Positions 12,921-25,000 of a stretch of 64,000 nt of DNA are shown here, piece by piece. The notes under the pieces were generated by a model that did no database searches, had not been told where the DNA came from, and saw only the letters and a list, made by a program, of their open reading frames with translations. The position numbers and the translations under genes are program-made. Source of the stretch: Tubulanus polymorphus (taxonomy: Eukaryota > Animalia > Nemertea). Position 1 is the stretch's first letter, and every line of letters starts with the position of its first letter. The stretch lies in assembly GCF_964204645.1 (NCBI RefSeq), contig NC_134031.1:2356001-2420000 (forward strand), read 5' to 3'.

Positions 12921-15830
12921 TCGCGCATCGACGATGTTTTTGTCACATTCCGTTGCATGGATTTTGTTGACTGTGAAGAAAATACAGTCTTAAACAGCAA
13001 CAACTCGATGGTGAATAATCCAACCTTGGCAGGAAGCAATCAAACGTATATTGCAGCTGCGAGCGGTGGCGAATCCATCAATATTCTGGACCAAGTGGCA
13101 TTCACGTCGATCCTTACCGTAACAGCATTGTAAACACGCGAATTATCGAAATCGACAAAACGAGATGCGCTTGTATTAGTCATAGTACGGCTAATATTTG
13201 CGGTCATTAAAACAATGCGTTTTCACCTCGTCACAGTAACATGTTTGAATACATCGATTTGTGTGTACTCTCCTCTCGAGACAGTTCGATGAATGACACA
13301 TTCGCTGTTTGCGTGTTGTTTGTCCATTGCCGAGGCTTTTCCGATCCCGAGCGTCGAGCGAGCTCTTACCCTTGTCAAGAGGAATTGCTATAAATGTTTA
13401 CCGCTCCGCTCAGACTACAGCGGTTGAACATGGAAATCAAATAAAAACGTCGTTATAGACACATTGCTTGACGAGTTTCCACAAATCTTAGCTAATGATA
13501 AATGAATTGTGTTAGAAGTTAATTTCATATCGCGTATCAATCTATAACCTAGCGATCACATTTTGAAAGTGTGCTGATAAAGTTTTTAATGTCTGGTGCT
13601 TTAGTTTATTTTCAATTGAAAATGAAAAGTAAAGTTTTGATCAGTTTTTGAAAGCGTGTGCCGATAAAATGTCAAAGGTTTGGTGTTTTTTAGTTCATTT
13701 TTCAATCACAAATATCCAAGGTGAAGTCTTGAATACGCGTGAAGTCCAGCACGATCAAATAATTCGAAGAATATCTGGGGTCAATGGGCCCAGGCAGATG
13801 GTTGATACCCGCATGCAGAGCATTGCCCGATAAGATTTTTGTAGGGCACGTAATATTGAAAGGTTATGCATCATCTTTTATCATAGTTACAGGACTAGGA
13901 AACGGAGTGCTGGTATTCGCAATGACGAGTTCGTTCGGGTATTTCATATCACGTTGAAGTATATCTGTAATATATATGTATATAGCCCGTGTTTCATCAT
14001 CGGATCCAACAAATCAAGGTAGTCAGCTTGTACAAGCCGTGGTTAATCTGATTGCGCTGAGTTTACGTAAACATGATCGTATTTGCATCGCAAATTGTGA
14101 CACACGAGTCGAATCAGATCGAATAGTCATCTGATCAATCTCTTACCGCGGCGTGCGCTGCCTTCCAGCCACCGATGAAGCTTACCCCCGATATAGGAGC
14201 GATAACTGCCGGAATGTTGTCGTACACCTTCCCCGTCGTCTAATTGATGCGTAACCAGAGTTTCGTATTTCACGCGAACACAATATCACGACTAATGAGC
14301 GAATATATCATACCTAAAAAAACCGGTTAAAACTTATCGTCTTGTTATGCCAAAGAAGTGACGTCGCGTCAGTTCGTTGCGTCGGTCTCAAGCTCCGGTT
14401 TTCACGAGTGGTTTCTAGCTAACTTTTTCCGGAAAACCAGCCTTAACCACGGAACAGCGATATAACCCGTTTTTGGCTTAAGCATCGTGGGCATATTGAA
14501 CTTTACCCGTCTGTGCTAGGTTATGAGCGGGTCGAATAGACCTTAACATGCTATCATTTTAAACCATATCTCTAGCTTTAGTTGTTTTTTTCTAACATCG
14601 ACCTAACACCATAAAGCAAAACAGTTGTATATTTAGTTTAGATTGACTCGATAATTTCAAAATAAGATAACTTTTGTGTCTCAAGGTTCTGGGTCGCAGA
14701 TTCACCTGTAGAGCTATCATAGGCAACGACCCCGTTCTTAATGTCGTATATACATTCGCTTTGCTCGGGCGGTGCGAACGGATGGACTGTTTTCATTGTC
14801 ACTTACATATGAATTTTTTATCAACGAGACCCATCAAAGACTGTGAGAGCGTTTATCTGAAATCACTTGATTGCGCAGTGACGTGAACCAATCAATAATA
14901 ACAGTACCCGGTATACCGGACATTCGACTTTTTTTTCCATTTTCAACACGTTACTTCTATTTTCCTGCGACAACTACGGTAACCTGAGAAATAAGAGATA
15001 CAATGCTCGTTCAGTTCGACTTTTTCGACCTACCTCCTTATGTTTGAATTATGGAACGAATTCGCTATTTATGATGACGTCATCGGTGTAGGGTAATTCG
15101 CAGACGACAATTCACCAAACGGCGCCGACAATATCGTCAGTTCCCACGGAGACGCGCCGATCGATAAAGCCTGTAAGATATGAAAAAAAAACGGAAGATG
15201 GATGAAAGTGAATATCGAATGAGTCAAAATTGAATAGCAGAATCGTCTCTCGTATTCCCAGGGTTTAAGGAGGCACTAGATGTCTATACTAGCCTATTTC
15301 TAGCTTTATTCTATGAATTGCCGGATGGGAGTTTTAAATCTGTGTTTGATGATTCGCTTCAGTTAGAATCGATTCGATCACGCGCGCGATGGTTAAACGG
15401 TGGTTAAATCGAACTAGTTGAAGTCATTTTTTCCTCCGATAGCGGAGGGCATTGACTGATATTGCATCCATTGTAAGCGGCGAACTTTTTTCTGTCGCGA
15501 TACTTCAAAAGATCTCATCATTTTATAAATGCTCGATGCAACGAACAGTTTTTTCTCATCCCCGTTGCATCACAGTTATGAGTTAAGAGTGAGTCGAATA
15601 TCTCTGGATCTAGTTCCACAGTTGTCAGTAAGAGTTAACCGTTAGATGTTGAGTTAGAATTAGTTCATTTTCTGCTGAAACAACTTGCGGTCAAATCCTA
15701 ACTCGTTACGGTTGACTCTATTCATTTCCGACGTTGCAAAATTTACCGAGAACAATGCGGAACTAACCGTTCCTGAAAATAAACTCATTCCAACTTTGTT
15801 ACAATAACTGCTATTATTCAGAAAATAAAT

Positions 15831-15935
15831 ATATGATATGATATGATATGATATGATATGATATGATATGATATGATATGATATGATATGATATGATATG
15901 ATATGATATGATATGATATGATATGATATGATATG
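15831..15935. repeat. (ATATG)n microsatellite, 21 units
   Basis: Perfect run read directly from the sequence. Confidence 0.98.
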
Positions 15936-16065
15936 CTCAAGGGGTGTAGTCTGTTTATGTACTGGTTGTTGGTTGTCGATGGATGTAAACGACGCCAAAT
16001 CGACTTAAAGCCAGCCACGTGTGACGAGCAGTAAGCACTGCGATGCCGCAACGATTCCTGCTTAC

Positions 16066-16179
16066 CTTCACTCGAAGGAACAATCGTCGGATAATTGGAT
16101 CCGCTTCAATAATTCGATTCTTCCGACGCATCGTCGATGTTTGCGTATATCGGATAATGTAAACAACGTCGCGAACTGA
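16066..16179 (-). promoter_or_regulatory. Candidate first exon with Inr
   Basis: TCAGTT Inr (A at 16177) and a strong AAG|GTAAGC donor. An open 22-codon frame runs from ATG 16131 to the donor. Confidence 0.4.
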
Positions 16180-17072
16180 GGTTGATTAACGTATGTTTAC
16201 TTGATGACCGCGACTATGAACGCGATGCGCATTATCCTTATCCTTATCCTTATCCCTCGTTTATCTTCTCACGCACAAAATATCTATTCATCTGTGAACC
16301 ACGTCCCTGCTTTGAAGTTGGCGCAGTCTTGAAAGGTTTGTATGCATGCTATTGTAATATGTGCGTTTGTAACTGGAAGACGCCGTTGTCTTACAATCAT
16401 ATCTATATCAATATGCATGGATGTAGAAATAAGAGATAAAGTCGGATTGTATTATATCACCTACGAGCTATTATCTTCACTCTTGATTACTCGTAAATCA
16501 CACGCAGATCGTCACTACCAGCGTCGTTCGTCTACAGCGGGGTTCGATTTGTCTCTATACCGTCTCCGGAATACTTTTCTGGCAAGTTCTTTTTGACCAG
16601 AATACGGCTGTATCTATTTCGGAAATAGCATAATCTGATAGACGCGGCCGAGATTCAAATGTATTCTGAAACCGTAATGTACGATCGAAACCTAACCGCC
16701 TCACAAGTCACCCATGTCCACCCTTTCGATGTTGTTTCTTTTTTATCTCTTCCTCCCCCGTAATGTTCGAGACATTCTGGTGTGTCTATATTCCCTTCGA
16801 TCCTTTCTGATCCCTAAAAGCGAATTAATACCAGAAACAATGTTTTAGTAAGACACACTTCGTAACCAGGGAAAATAGAAAACCCAGTCCGGTCGATTGC
16901 GTGCTTTTTCAAAACAGAAATCATCCGATGATTAATTAATAATTCAAATTAGAATCATTAGCGCTAATGCGTGTGTAGATAGGTTTCGACATAATCGACA
17001 TCCTGGTTAACCTCACGAGGACCATTAACAGAATGAATTATATTCCACAAATCCGCTCGTATACCTTTGAAA

Positions 17073-17170
17073 ATACTGCAGGATTCCACTTATGGCAAGC
17101 AAGGATCCACCAGGTTCGCTAGTAGTTACTCGATCTTCAACGTTCGATTTCTTCTATACATACAGTTGAA
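17073..17170 (+). repeat. Second long copy of the TGGCAAGCGAGG / CAGGTTCGCTAGTAG family
   Basis: AGGATTCCACT..GCAAGC.AGGA.CC..CAGGTTCGCTAGTAG..ACTCGATCTTC is shared with 33366-33470. Confidence 0.7.
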
Positions 17171-18829
17171 ATCGGATAAAGTTTGAATTCGACGTATATG
17201 GTGGGTCCTGTGATATAGAATGAATTCGGAAGGCTAAAAATCCAGTTCAAAAAATTATTGAAAATGAGCTAATTCCGACAAAATAAGGCAGAGAGCTCTT
17301 CGTGCCGATTCCATTGGAATTAAGGATTAGAAACAGATTTAAAACGAAAGAATAATTTTTTCCTATTCTCACAGCGACCATTCTTTCGGTGTAACCTGGA
17401 CTGAGAAACAGTGCATGCGGTGAGAAGATGTTTTGTCTCGATAAAAATCACGACTCCTTGTTTGAAAGATTATGCAGACAATATGTAATTTTTTATACAA
17501 CTAATACCACTATGTCCCATTGTGGTTTGATAACAGTAATTGCGGGTGATAACATAGTATCGGTCGCTGTTTTGATTAATATCGCTAGAATGGAACGACA
17601 TTTTACGGCAAATTTACGACTGGCTCTCGTGGTTTTTTACACCGGTGTAGTAAGTTTCAAGTTTGGTTTATTGCGGTTTTCGAAGTAACGCAAATTTCCC
17701 TCCGGTAAAGTTAATACGCGTAATACGGAGATGGTTTTTTATCATCATAACTAACGACGTTTCAAATATCGTCAAAAGGTAGAATTTGTCTCAACGGAAA
17801 ATATGCCCGCAGCAATGGGTTTATTTCACCCACCTTGTGCCAGGGAACTGTAACTTTGAATCAACACCGTTGGATGTAGCTCCCAACCATTAATCCAAAA
17901 AAGTTAAGCCTAAAGAGACTTGAATTTTGCAATTTTAAATCTGTGTTTTAACTAAACAATAAATGCCTCACAGGTTTCGGAAATCTGGTTTCAAGATTGC
18001 AAAAAGTTCCATCGACTTTGACGACCCTTTTATACTGGAGGTCGGCCTTTAACGTGCAATAATCACGTTGATGACCGCTTGTTTCCCGCTTTCGATATTA
18101 CAAAAAGCAAACGACGTATGATTGAAAATACCATAGTCGTACCTTAAGTCCGATGATTAAACGATTATCTCTAAATTTACATATAAGGGCTTATACCTAA
18201 CATAAAATATAGTTAGTACCAATTAGCGCCAAGTCGGATAGACGTCAACCACTAACTCGCTAATGAAATTCCGCGGAAGAAATGGTTGCCATTAACGAAG
18301 CAAATGCTATCCTCGCAATCTTTTTTCGACATCTCCTCTTTTTTTTGCCGGAACGACAATCTTAAATGTTGCTGATAGAAGTCGAGCTAAGAACGGCGGC
18401 TTATTTAGTCTTTACGGGCGCACACCGAACTTCTATAATACGGTTGATGAACGTCGTAAAACCGATATCTTCTGTCGCAGTTAACTGTCTCATCTGGAAT
18501 CGTCAGTGAATTTATTGCCGCCGTAATAACACGAGAAAGTGGTCGTTAACTTAACGCGCATCTTCCGTAGAAAACCGGTTTTAAGTCCATGAATGAATGA
18601 GGTGAAGTTTTTTTGCTCAGCCACGCACGTGGAATGTTGATTTTCAGCTGTTTCGGTGTAAACGCGATGCCCCGCTGATTTTTCATGTCGCCGTTCAAAT
18701 TCCGTGACGTAATTGTTGGTTAGGTTTTCTCGAGTTTCTTTAGTCAAATTATTGCCTTTCGTGTTGCCATGTTGTCGTTTTCTTTTCCGATCCTCCTTAT
18801 TACAAAATGCCAATAATGCTATTTGATGT

Positions 18830-19090
18830 ATTCTGTTTATTTAAATCATATATTAGGGGATTATTTTTACCCCTTCCCGCCATTTGCAATTTTGTAAATT
18901 TGAATGTGTGAACGTGTGCATGCTTGATGAGTATATGTGTTTTGAATGCGTGTGAGGGATAGGTGTCTCATACTCGACAAGCAACCTTGCTTTTAATGAG
19001 CACCTACCACTGATATTGGAACATCCTTTATAAATATAAAATTTGTTACAATTTCTTGTGGAAATAAAATATCATTATTATTATTATTAT
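18830..19090 (+). mobile_element. LINE 3' UTR remnant
   Basis: A CTCGACAAGC..GCTTT stem-loop is followed by AATAAA and an (ATT)n tail, as in L2/Crack-type 3' ends. Confidence 0.45.
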
Positions 19091-19463
19091 AATGTTAACC
19101 ATTTATATGTTACGGTGCAATAAAGATGATTGAATTGAATTGCTGTGCGGTCCGGGACAAGTTCAACAGTTGCGAGTTTGACCCTGAACTAATTAACTAT
19201 CATCATAAATTTGCCTGACTATGCGGGGGACTGGATCCGGGAAATTCAAGATATGATATTTAGCGAAACGACACTTCTGACGTTGACCGATAGTCCACCG
19301 TCTTCCTTACCACGCGAAAGTGCATTATACTTGTCTACACAAAAGCCCTCATTGTAAGATAAACAAGGCAAACAAAGAAATGGGGATAAGACAATATAAT
19401 GGCAATTCCTCGCGAGAAAGCTATGGAGGGACACATTATATCTCAACCCACGCTTCATGGCCA

Positions 19464-19690
19464 GCAGTATATAATTTTGACGTCGGTGCGAGTTAGATCC
19501 ACCGATTTAACACCGCATGTCTGACCTATTGGGGGTGGCTGGCAGTTTATCATTTTTGACGTCAGTACTAAGCGCACGTAAAATCCGACGATTTAAGACT
19601 GGCTATCCGATTTAAGACTGCGTGATGACCTTTCGGGTGATGGCGAGCAGTGTATCATTTTGACGTCGGTACTTAACGCACGTCAAGTCC
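19464..19690. repeat. Three diverged tandem units, each containing TTTTGACGTC
   Basis: GCAGT.TAT.ATTTTGACGTC.GT at 19464, 19542 and 19647. Confidence 0.75.
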
Positions 19691-21809
19691 AAAGGTGAAA
19701 GAACACCAAATAAAATAGTCAATATCCACATATCCCGAGAAAATAAGTTGTCTCAACACCAAATCCGGAGTTGAAATGAGGTTTTTTTTCGGGTAGACGA
19801 CGCAGGAAGATATTCAAAGTAAAAAACGTCAATTCTAGATCGGGGATCATGCATGCAGCACACACTGGTGGTACTCGTGATATACCGATAAAAGCTGCTC
19901 AACAAATGACGCTTTTTAATTACATAAAAAAACACTTTATATTTACATAGTCATCGCGTATTGATCGGTATAGGCGTTCAACGATGTACTCATAACATAA
20001 ATGGAAAAAAGCTTCGTTTGAACAGATGGAAAATCGTCATTTTTGACGTTTATTGTTTTGGTGAAGTATTTGAATCAGATGTTTCATCGCTGTTTGATAG
20101 GCATGTCTGTATACTTAGGAGTTATGTTACATTTTATACTGATAATTGGAATGGCAGAAAACAACGGCTGAATAAGCGAAACTCGATGCATTTACTAACC
20201 ATCTAACTAGATTACGTTTTTTACACCGAAACTTATATTTCCCCACCGCATTTCGTTGAAGATTTAAAAAGAACGAGAACCATCAACTAAAATATTTCTT
20301 CCTTCGAGTTTGCCGCAGCACTTGGCCTGCCTTCTATTTTCTATTGACCCCGACTGGTCTTCAAACACACACAACCCCTGGAGATGCCTATAACAAAGCT
20401 TATGGTTGTCCTGTGGAGTCCTGGACAGACCGGATCCAATGGGCAGGGCCATATACACGGGGAATCGAGCCGGCGTCAGATCCCTCGAAGTTGCGAGACC
20501 CATCGATATTTATTGAATTCATTTCAATGCTCCAGGCATTATCTATAATAGTACAACGACCTCGCAGTCTAATACGGGCGGTCATCGCTACTGCCGATGA
20601 TATATACGAGTCTAATTAGTGATTTAGATACGTCTGCACCGACGACCGAACAAATGAACATCATTTCGAGTAGATTGTTCCTCTGTGCCTTTTACGACAA
20701 ATGGAAAACTAATCTCCAGAAATATACGGCTAAGATAATTGCTCGCAATTCGATTTCTAAGAGCGTGGTCGTTACCCTGTAACAGAATTTCAGTTATTAC
20801 GTCAATGCATCGGGACAGTGAAAATATCCAAGGGTTTTTCAAAAGTTTTTTTTCGTCACAAATTTCCCTGGTAGATATCATAATTGACTCCTATGAATCC
20901 TACTGGGACTGATTACTGCACTCTTACGTTGGCAACAGCTTAGCTATTTTTGTCATTTAAAAAACTATTTTTGAGGTGTTATCTGCAACTGCCAGGGCCT
21001 TGGAGCTATTTAGTTGCACTGGATAAAAAAGAAAGAAAAATATTCTGATTTTGATCCTACAAATAAATCTCTAAACAGATCATAGAATTCATTACTTTGA
21101 AACGGCTCCTCGAGTTGTAACAACATTCATTAGAAAAAAACATTTGAACATTACATTAACGATAATGCGGACTCGTTATCGCTTACTACCGATCAAAACC
21201 GAGGTTTATTTCGCTATCAAAAGTTCTATTCCTTTCTAATACTCGCCCTCGAAAAAACACGTTATACGCGTCCATAAATCCGGCCAACGGGAAATCGAGA
21301 CCGCCACGAAGAACAACGCGCTTACATTGGCATTTTTCCATCATTATCGAATCTGACTTTCGAATGACAGAACAAAAACCTCGGTGTTTCTTTCCACATA
21401 TCGTGTTTCTGGATGCAGTGTGAAAGCCGAAGCTTAAAACTTCACGAAAGCCGCTCTATTTTTTGTTCAGAGTTTCCACTCATTTCTATAACGATTTATG
21501 CACTCAGTTCGGATAGATAGAATATTGAGAAACTAACCGAATATACAAATTTCAAAGATTGAAAGTTATCTTTTGAATTACAATCACTCTCGAACTCTAG
21601 GGTTTGGGTCAGACATCGTCAGGTGTGATGAATAAACGTCCTTTTTAATCTTACGAATTTTACATCATACTTTCTATTCCGAGTGTACGGGCTACCCTAC
21701 CACTTTTGATAAAGCTGATAACCCGGGTTTCAGCGTGAAATGACACAAATATATGCAATAAACTAAAGAAACAATGACAAAAATGAAACAATTTCATATA
21801 AACACTCAC

Positions 21810-22040
21810 AGATTTCTTGAAATCCTGCAAAAGTCTGGCGTGATTTATAGAGGTTATCCAAGACAATTCGAATATACGAAACAAACCGTTGATCGTCAGT
21901 TTGAGATAAAACGGACAAGCGAATCTCGACCAAGGCGACGAAGACAGCAGCTGTCTGCTCGGAGCGCGCGTGTGCGTGGATACTACACTTGCAGCAAACC
22001 TGGCGGTGAATCAACTGCTCGCTTCATCATCAGCCAATGA
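21810..22040 (-). promoter_or_regulatory. Candidate promoter and non-coding first exon (about 22016 or 21984 to 21810)
   Basis: CCAAT box at 22034-22038 in a GC/CpG-rich patch, then an ATG-free stretch ending at TCT|GTGAGT. Confidence 0.4.
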
Positions 22041-25000
22041 CAGCAGAGACAGACGCGAGCGCGCGTTTCACTGAAACAATCGTCTCCGTCGCTGTAAGAT
22101 CATCGAGTCCGTAACGACAAGAAACACAACTCCGCTGATTCAAGCGTCAACAAGCAGTTGTAAAGTTACATCATCCATTCCCCTCGAGGTGTTTTTAACG
22201 AATTTGATATAATAATGATACGAATCTTTTTTTTTAAATAGAATTAATAAATGAATAAGCTGTAGATTACTCGAGTGCGCACTAATGATTGATATTAATA
22301 TTAGATGAAGGAGTGCTTTGAAGGAAGAGTTTGTTCGTACAAATGAAAGCAGCATTTAGAAAATTGAGAAAATAAAGGCAGAAAAACTGGATGTACCAGG
22401 GGTGAACAGTAAGGATCATACTTTCAACTGACATGATGTATATTTTGGTCTCGTTTGGAATTTAGGAAGAACTGATTGACAACAGTTTACCAACCAATTT
22501 ATCGAAACACGTAGAAACTGATGAATGCAGCTCAGCGGTGTACAGAAAAATCTTTGAACATTTACCATCGAACGATTTGATATTCGCTTCGCTTTTCATC
22601 GCGGTGAAATTTGTCGGTTTCAAATTGACTCCACCTTCAATGAGACACAGCCCTCGTGGATTAACACTGAGCAAACTTATTATTTCCTTTTCTTAATCAA
22701 TGACGTCAAAATTATTAAGATTCGAAAATCTGTGTATTATCATTATCACGTACATACGACGCGCGCGATCAGGCGATAGTTAACTATAACTCAGACTGCA
22801 GCGTGAAATTCACTCCAAGATCGTGATAATTTTCTTTATTGAAATGTCTTACATTTCATATCGAACATGAACTTAACCGTGCATTAAAGATTTTATTGAA
22901 TCGAATCTAGGCGAATTGAATCAAGCAGATATTAGTTATAGCCACCACTTACGAGTCTGCTAAACCTACAATGTAACATCTATACCGTCTATTTCTCATA
23001 TAAGTTCGCCACTTTTGGTATCACATCAATATTCAAATATTTGTTTTTTTTCTACAATGAGGTCGCGTCACGCTATAGTTGACATCGTAACGGATATTAC
23101 TAAACGATGTGCAAAGACTGTGAGGCCACTTCTCAACAGCTAGAGGGAGATGGCGGGTACAAGGTGTAACAATTACAACCAGAACGAACCCAGATGCTTG
23201 CAAAATTCTTCTCATTGCCGATTTTACGCAAACATCATCTATTAAGAATTATGAGCAGAGATTGCAAGGCATTTATTCATATCGATTCATTCAATTGCGT
23301 CAATTTTCTTTTAATCCTCGATCTAGTGCTAATACGATCGACGCTGGCAAAAGACGGAGATGAAATACCGGCTCGGAAACAAGATCACTGCAGCATTCAT
23401 TTATGCACTTTAATAGCTGGGATTACGAGCAACCACGATCGAGTTTCAAATTGAAATGAAACATTTATACCATTTCCGCTGCCTCCTATCGAAAAGGTAT
23501 AGGGGACACATACATAAACGAATTCGAATGCTTTACGCGGCATGGATTTAGAAATTGATTTAAACATCGCTATCTGAGTAGAGTCGCCTATGTTTCCTGC
23601 CTCAACGTAAGTCGTTGGTACAATCTCAGACTAAAAAGGTGAGTGAGCCTCGTCAAGGTCACGACCGCAAATCTGACGGTTTACGTTATTGAAATCCTTA
23701 GAGAAATGATGAGACCACGAATGACGTCAGCGACACGTCATTATTGGCCGTTACTACTAAGAAGTGACGGTGAAATTATGTGCATCCATCGGGATTCGAA
23801 CCCAGGCGTCTTACATCAGGACCCAGTCCCAAAGTTGACACTATTCTGGAGTTAAAAATGTCAATGCCAACCGACAACTGTGTTACTGGAACCAATAGAA
23901 CTAATGCACGCTATTGTCGTATTTGGTAAATACGATGGCGGTTCGTTCGCAATGACGAATAGTGTTTGACTAGGGGGGGGGGGGGTTGTATTGGGTTATA
24001 TGTGTATATTCGTCTATGGCTGCTCTTCGCTGTCAGGAGCATTCTACTCAGTCATAATCTTCACCTCACGGAGTTGAGGATTCTGTGGGGGACGATTGTG
24101 TCGAATGCCGCGCATAGAATCGACTTCCTTCGTTTAGAACGAGCGAGCGCGCGTGCGTTATCTTCGTCTGTTGAAAAAAAAGTCAAAGCCGAAAATCACG
24201 GCGACCAATTTACATCAATCATTGCATGACGTGGAACGTGGTCCATCGAATATCAGCTGATCGAACCTGCGATTAAACACGAGGCCTTTGATGTTTTTGA
24301 ATTTCATGTAAATCACGGTAAATTTCTCAGTGTTATCTGTCGTGGCCGGTTCAAGCTGGGAATAAGAGCGAATAATACGATTGATATCTTGGATTACAGA
24401 CCCGAAAATCTCCGAATATCACACTCGTATATGAAACAACATTGCGACAAGCGCAGTTGAAAGTTGACGCATTTTGCATCTTAATAATTGTTATCCGATC
24501 GTTTTCGTGACTTCTCTCTTTGTAAATTATTGATGTGTTTATTTTTTTTCTTTCTTGGGTGCTAAAACTCAGCAGCAGGCTTTGTGAGGCCGACATCTTT
24601 TCTTGTGAATTCCGAATTTTCTAAGCAAATAAACTGAATTGTATTGAATTGAAATATGGACGTCAGATGAGCGCATGACATTTTTGTATGATATACTAGA
24701 ATTCTAAGCCCGGTGTGGTGATTAGTTCACTTAAGGAGAGTTTCAAATTGGGTAAAACGACGAAGCTTTCAGGTCGCGCGCAAAGAACGCCGTGTGTGGG
24801 GTGAGATGAGAGTGGAGCGGAGCGCTGTCAGATCGCGAGAATCAAAATAAGAGCCGTTGTAACCGCGCGTTTGATCAGCTCCGGTTGCGAACATTTATCG
24901 TTGGGAAATTATATTAGTTATCGTTTTTGCCTGTCAGTTGCATTTCAAATCATCGCGATTGTAGCCACGCCCCTTTCCCCGCGTTATGTAATGAATTCTT

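Noticed and set aside
14170-14215. CCGATGA-AGCT...AGC-GATAAC hammerhead-like string
   Set aside because: Both core boxes are mutated and the stems are weak, so it cannot be distinguished from chance.
15660-16051. ORFs with IISYH repeats
   Set aside because: These are translations of the (ATATG)n microsatellite.
20340-20510. tRNA-derived SINE (GGCTCGATTCCC on minus); similar isolated B-box strings at about 23790 and 56195
   Set aside because: There is no A box, TSD or second copy in the window, so it is too degenerate to call.
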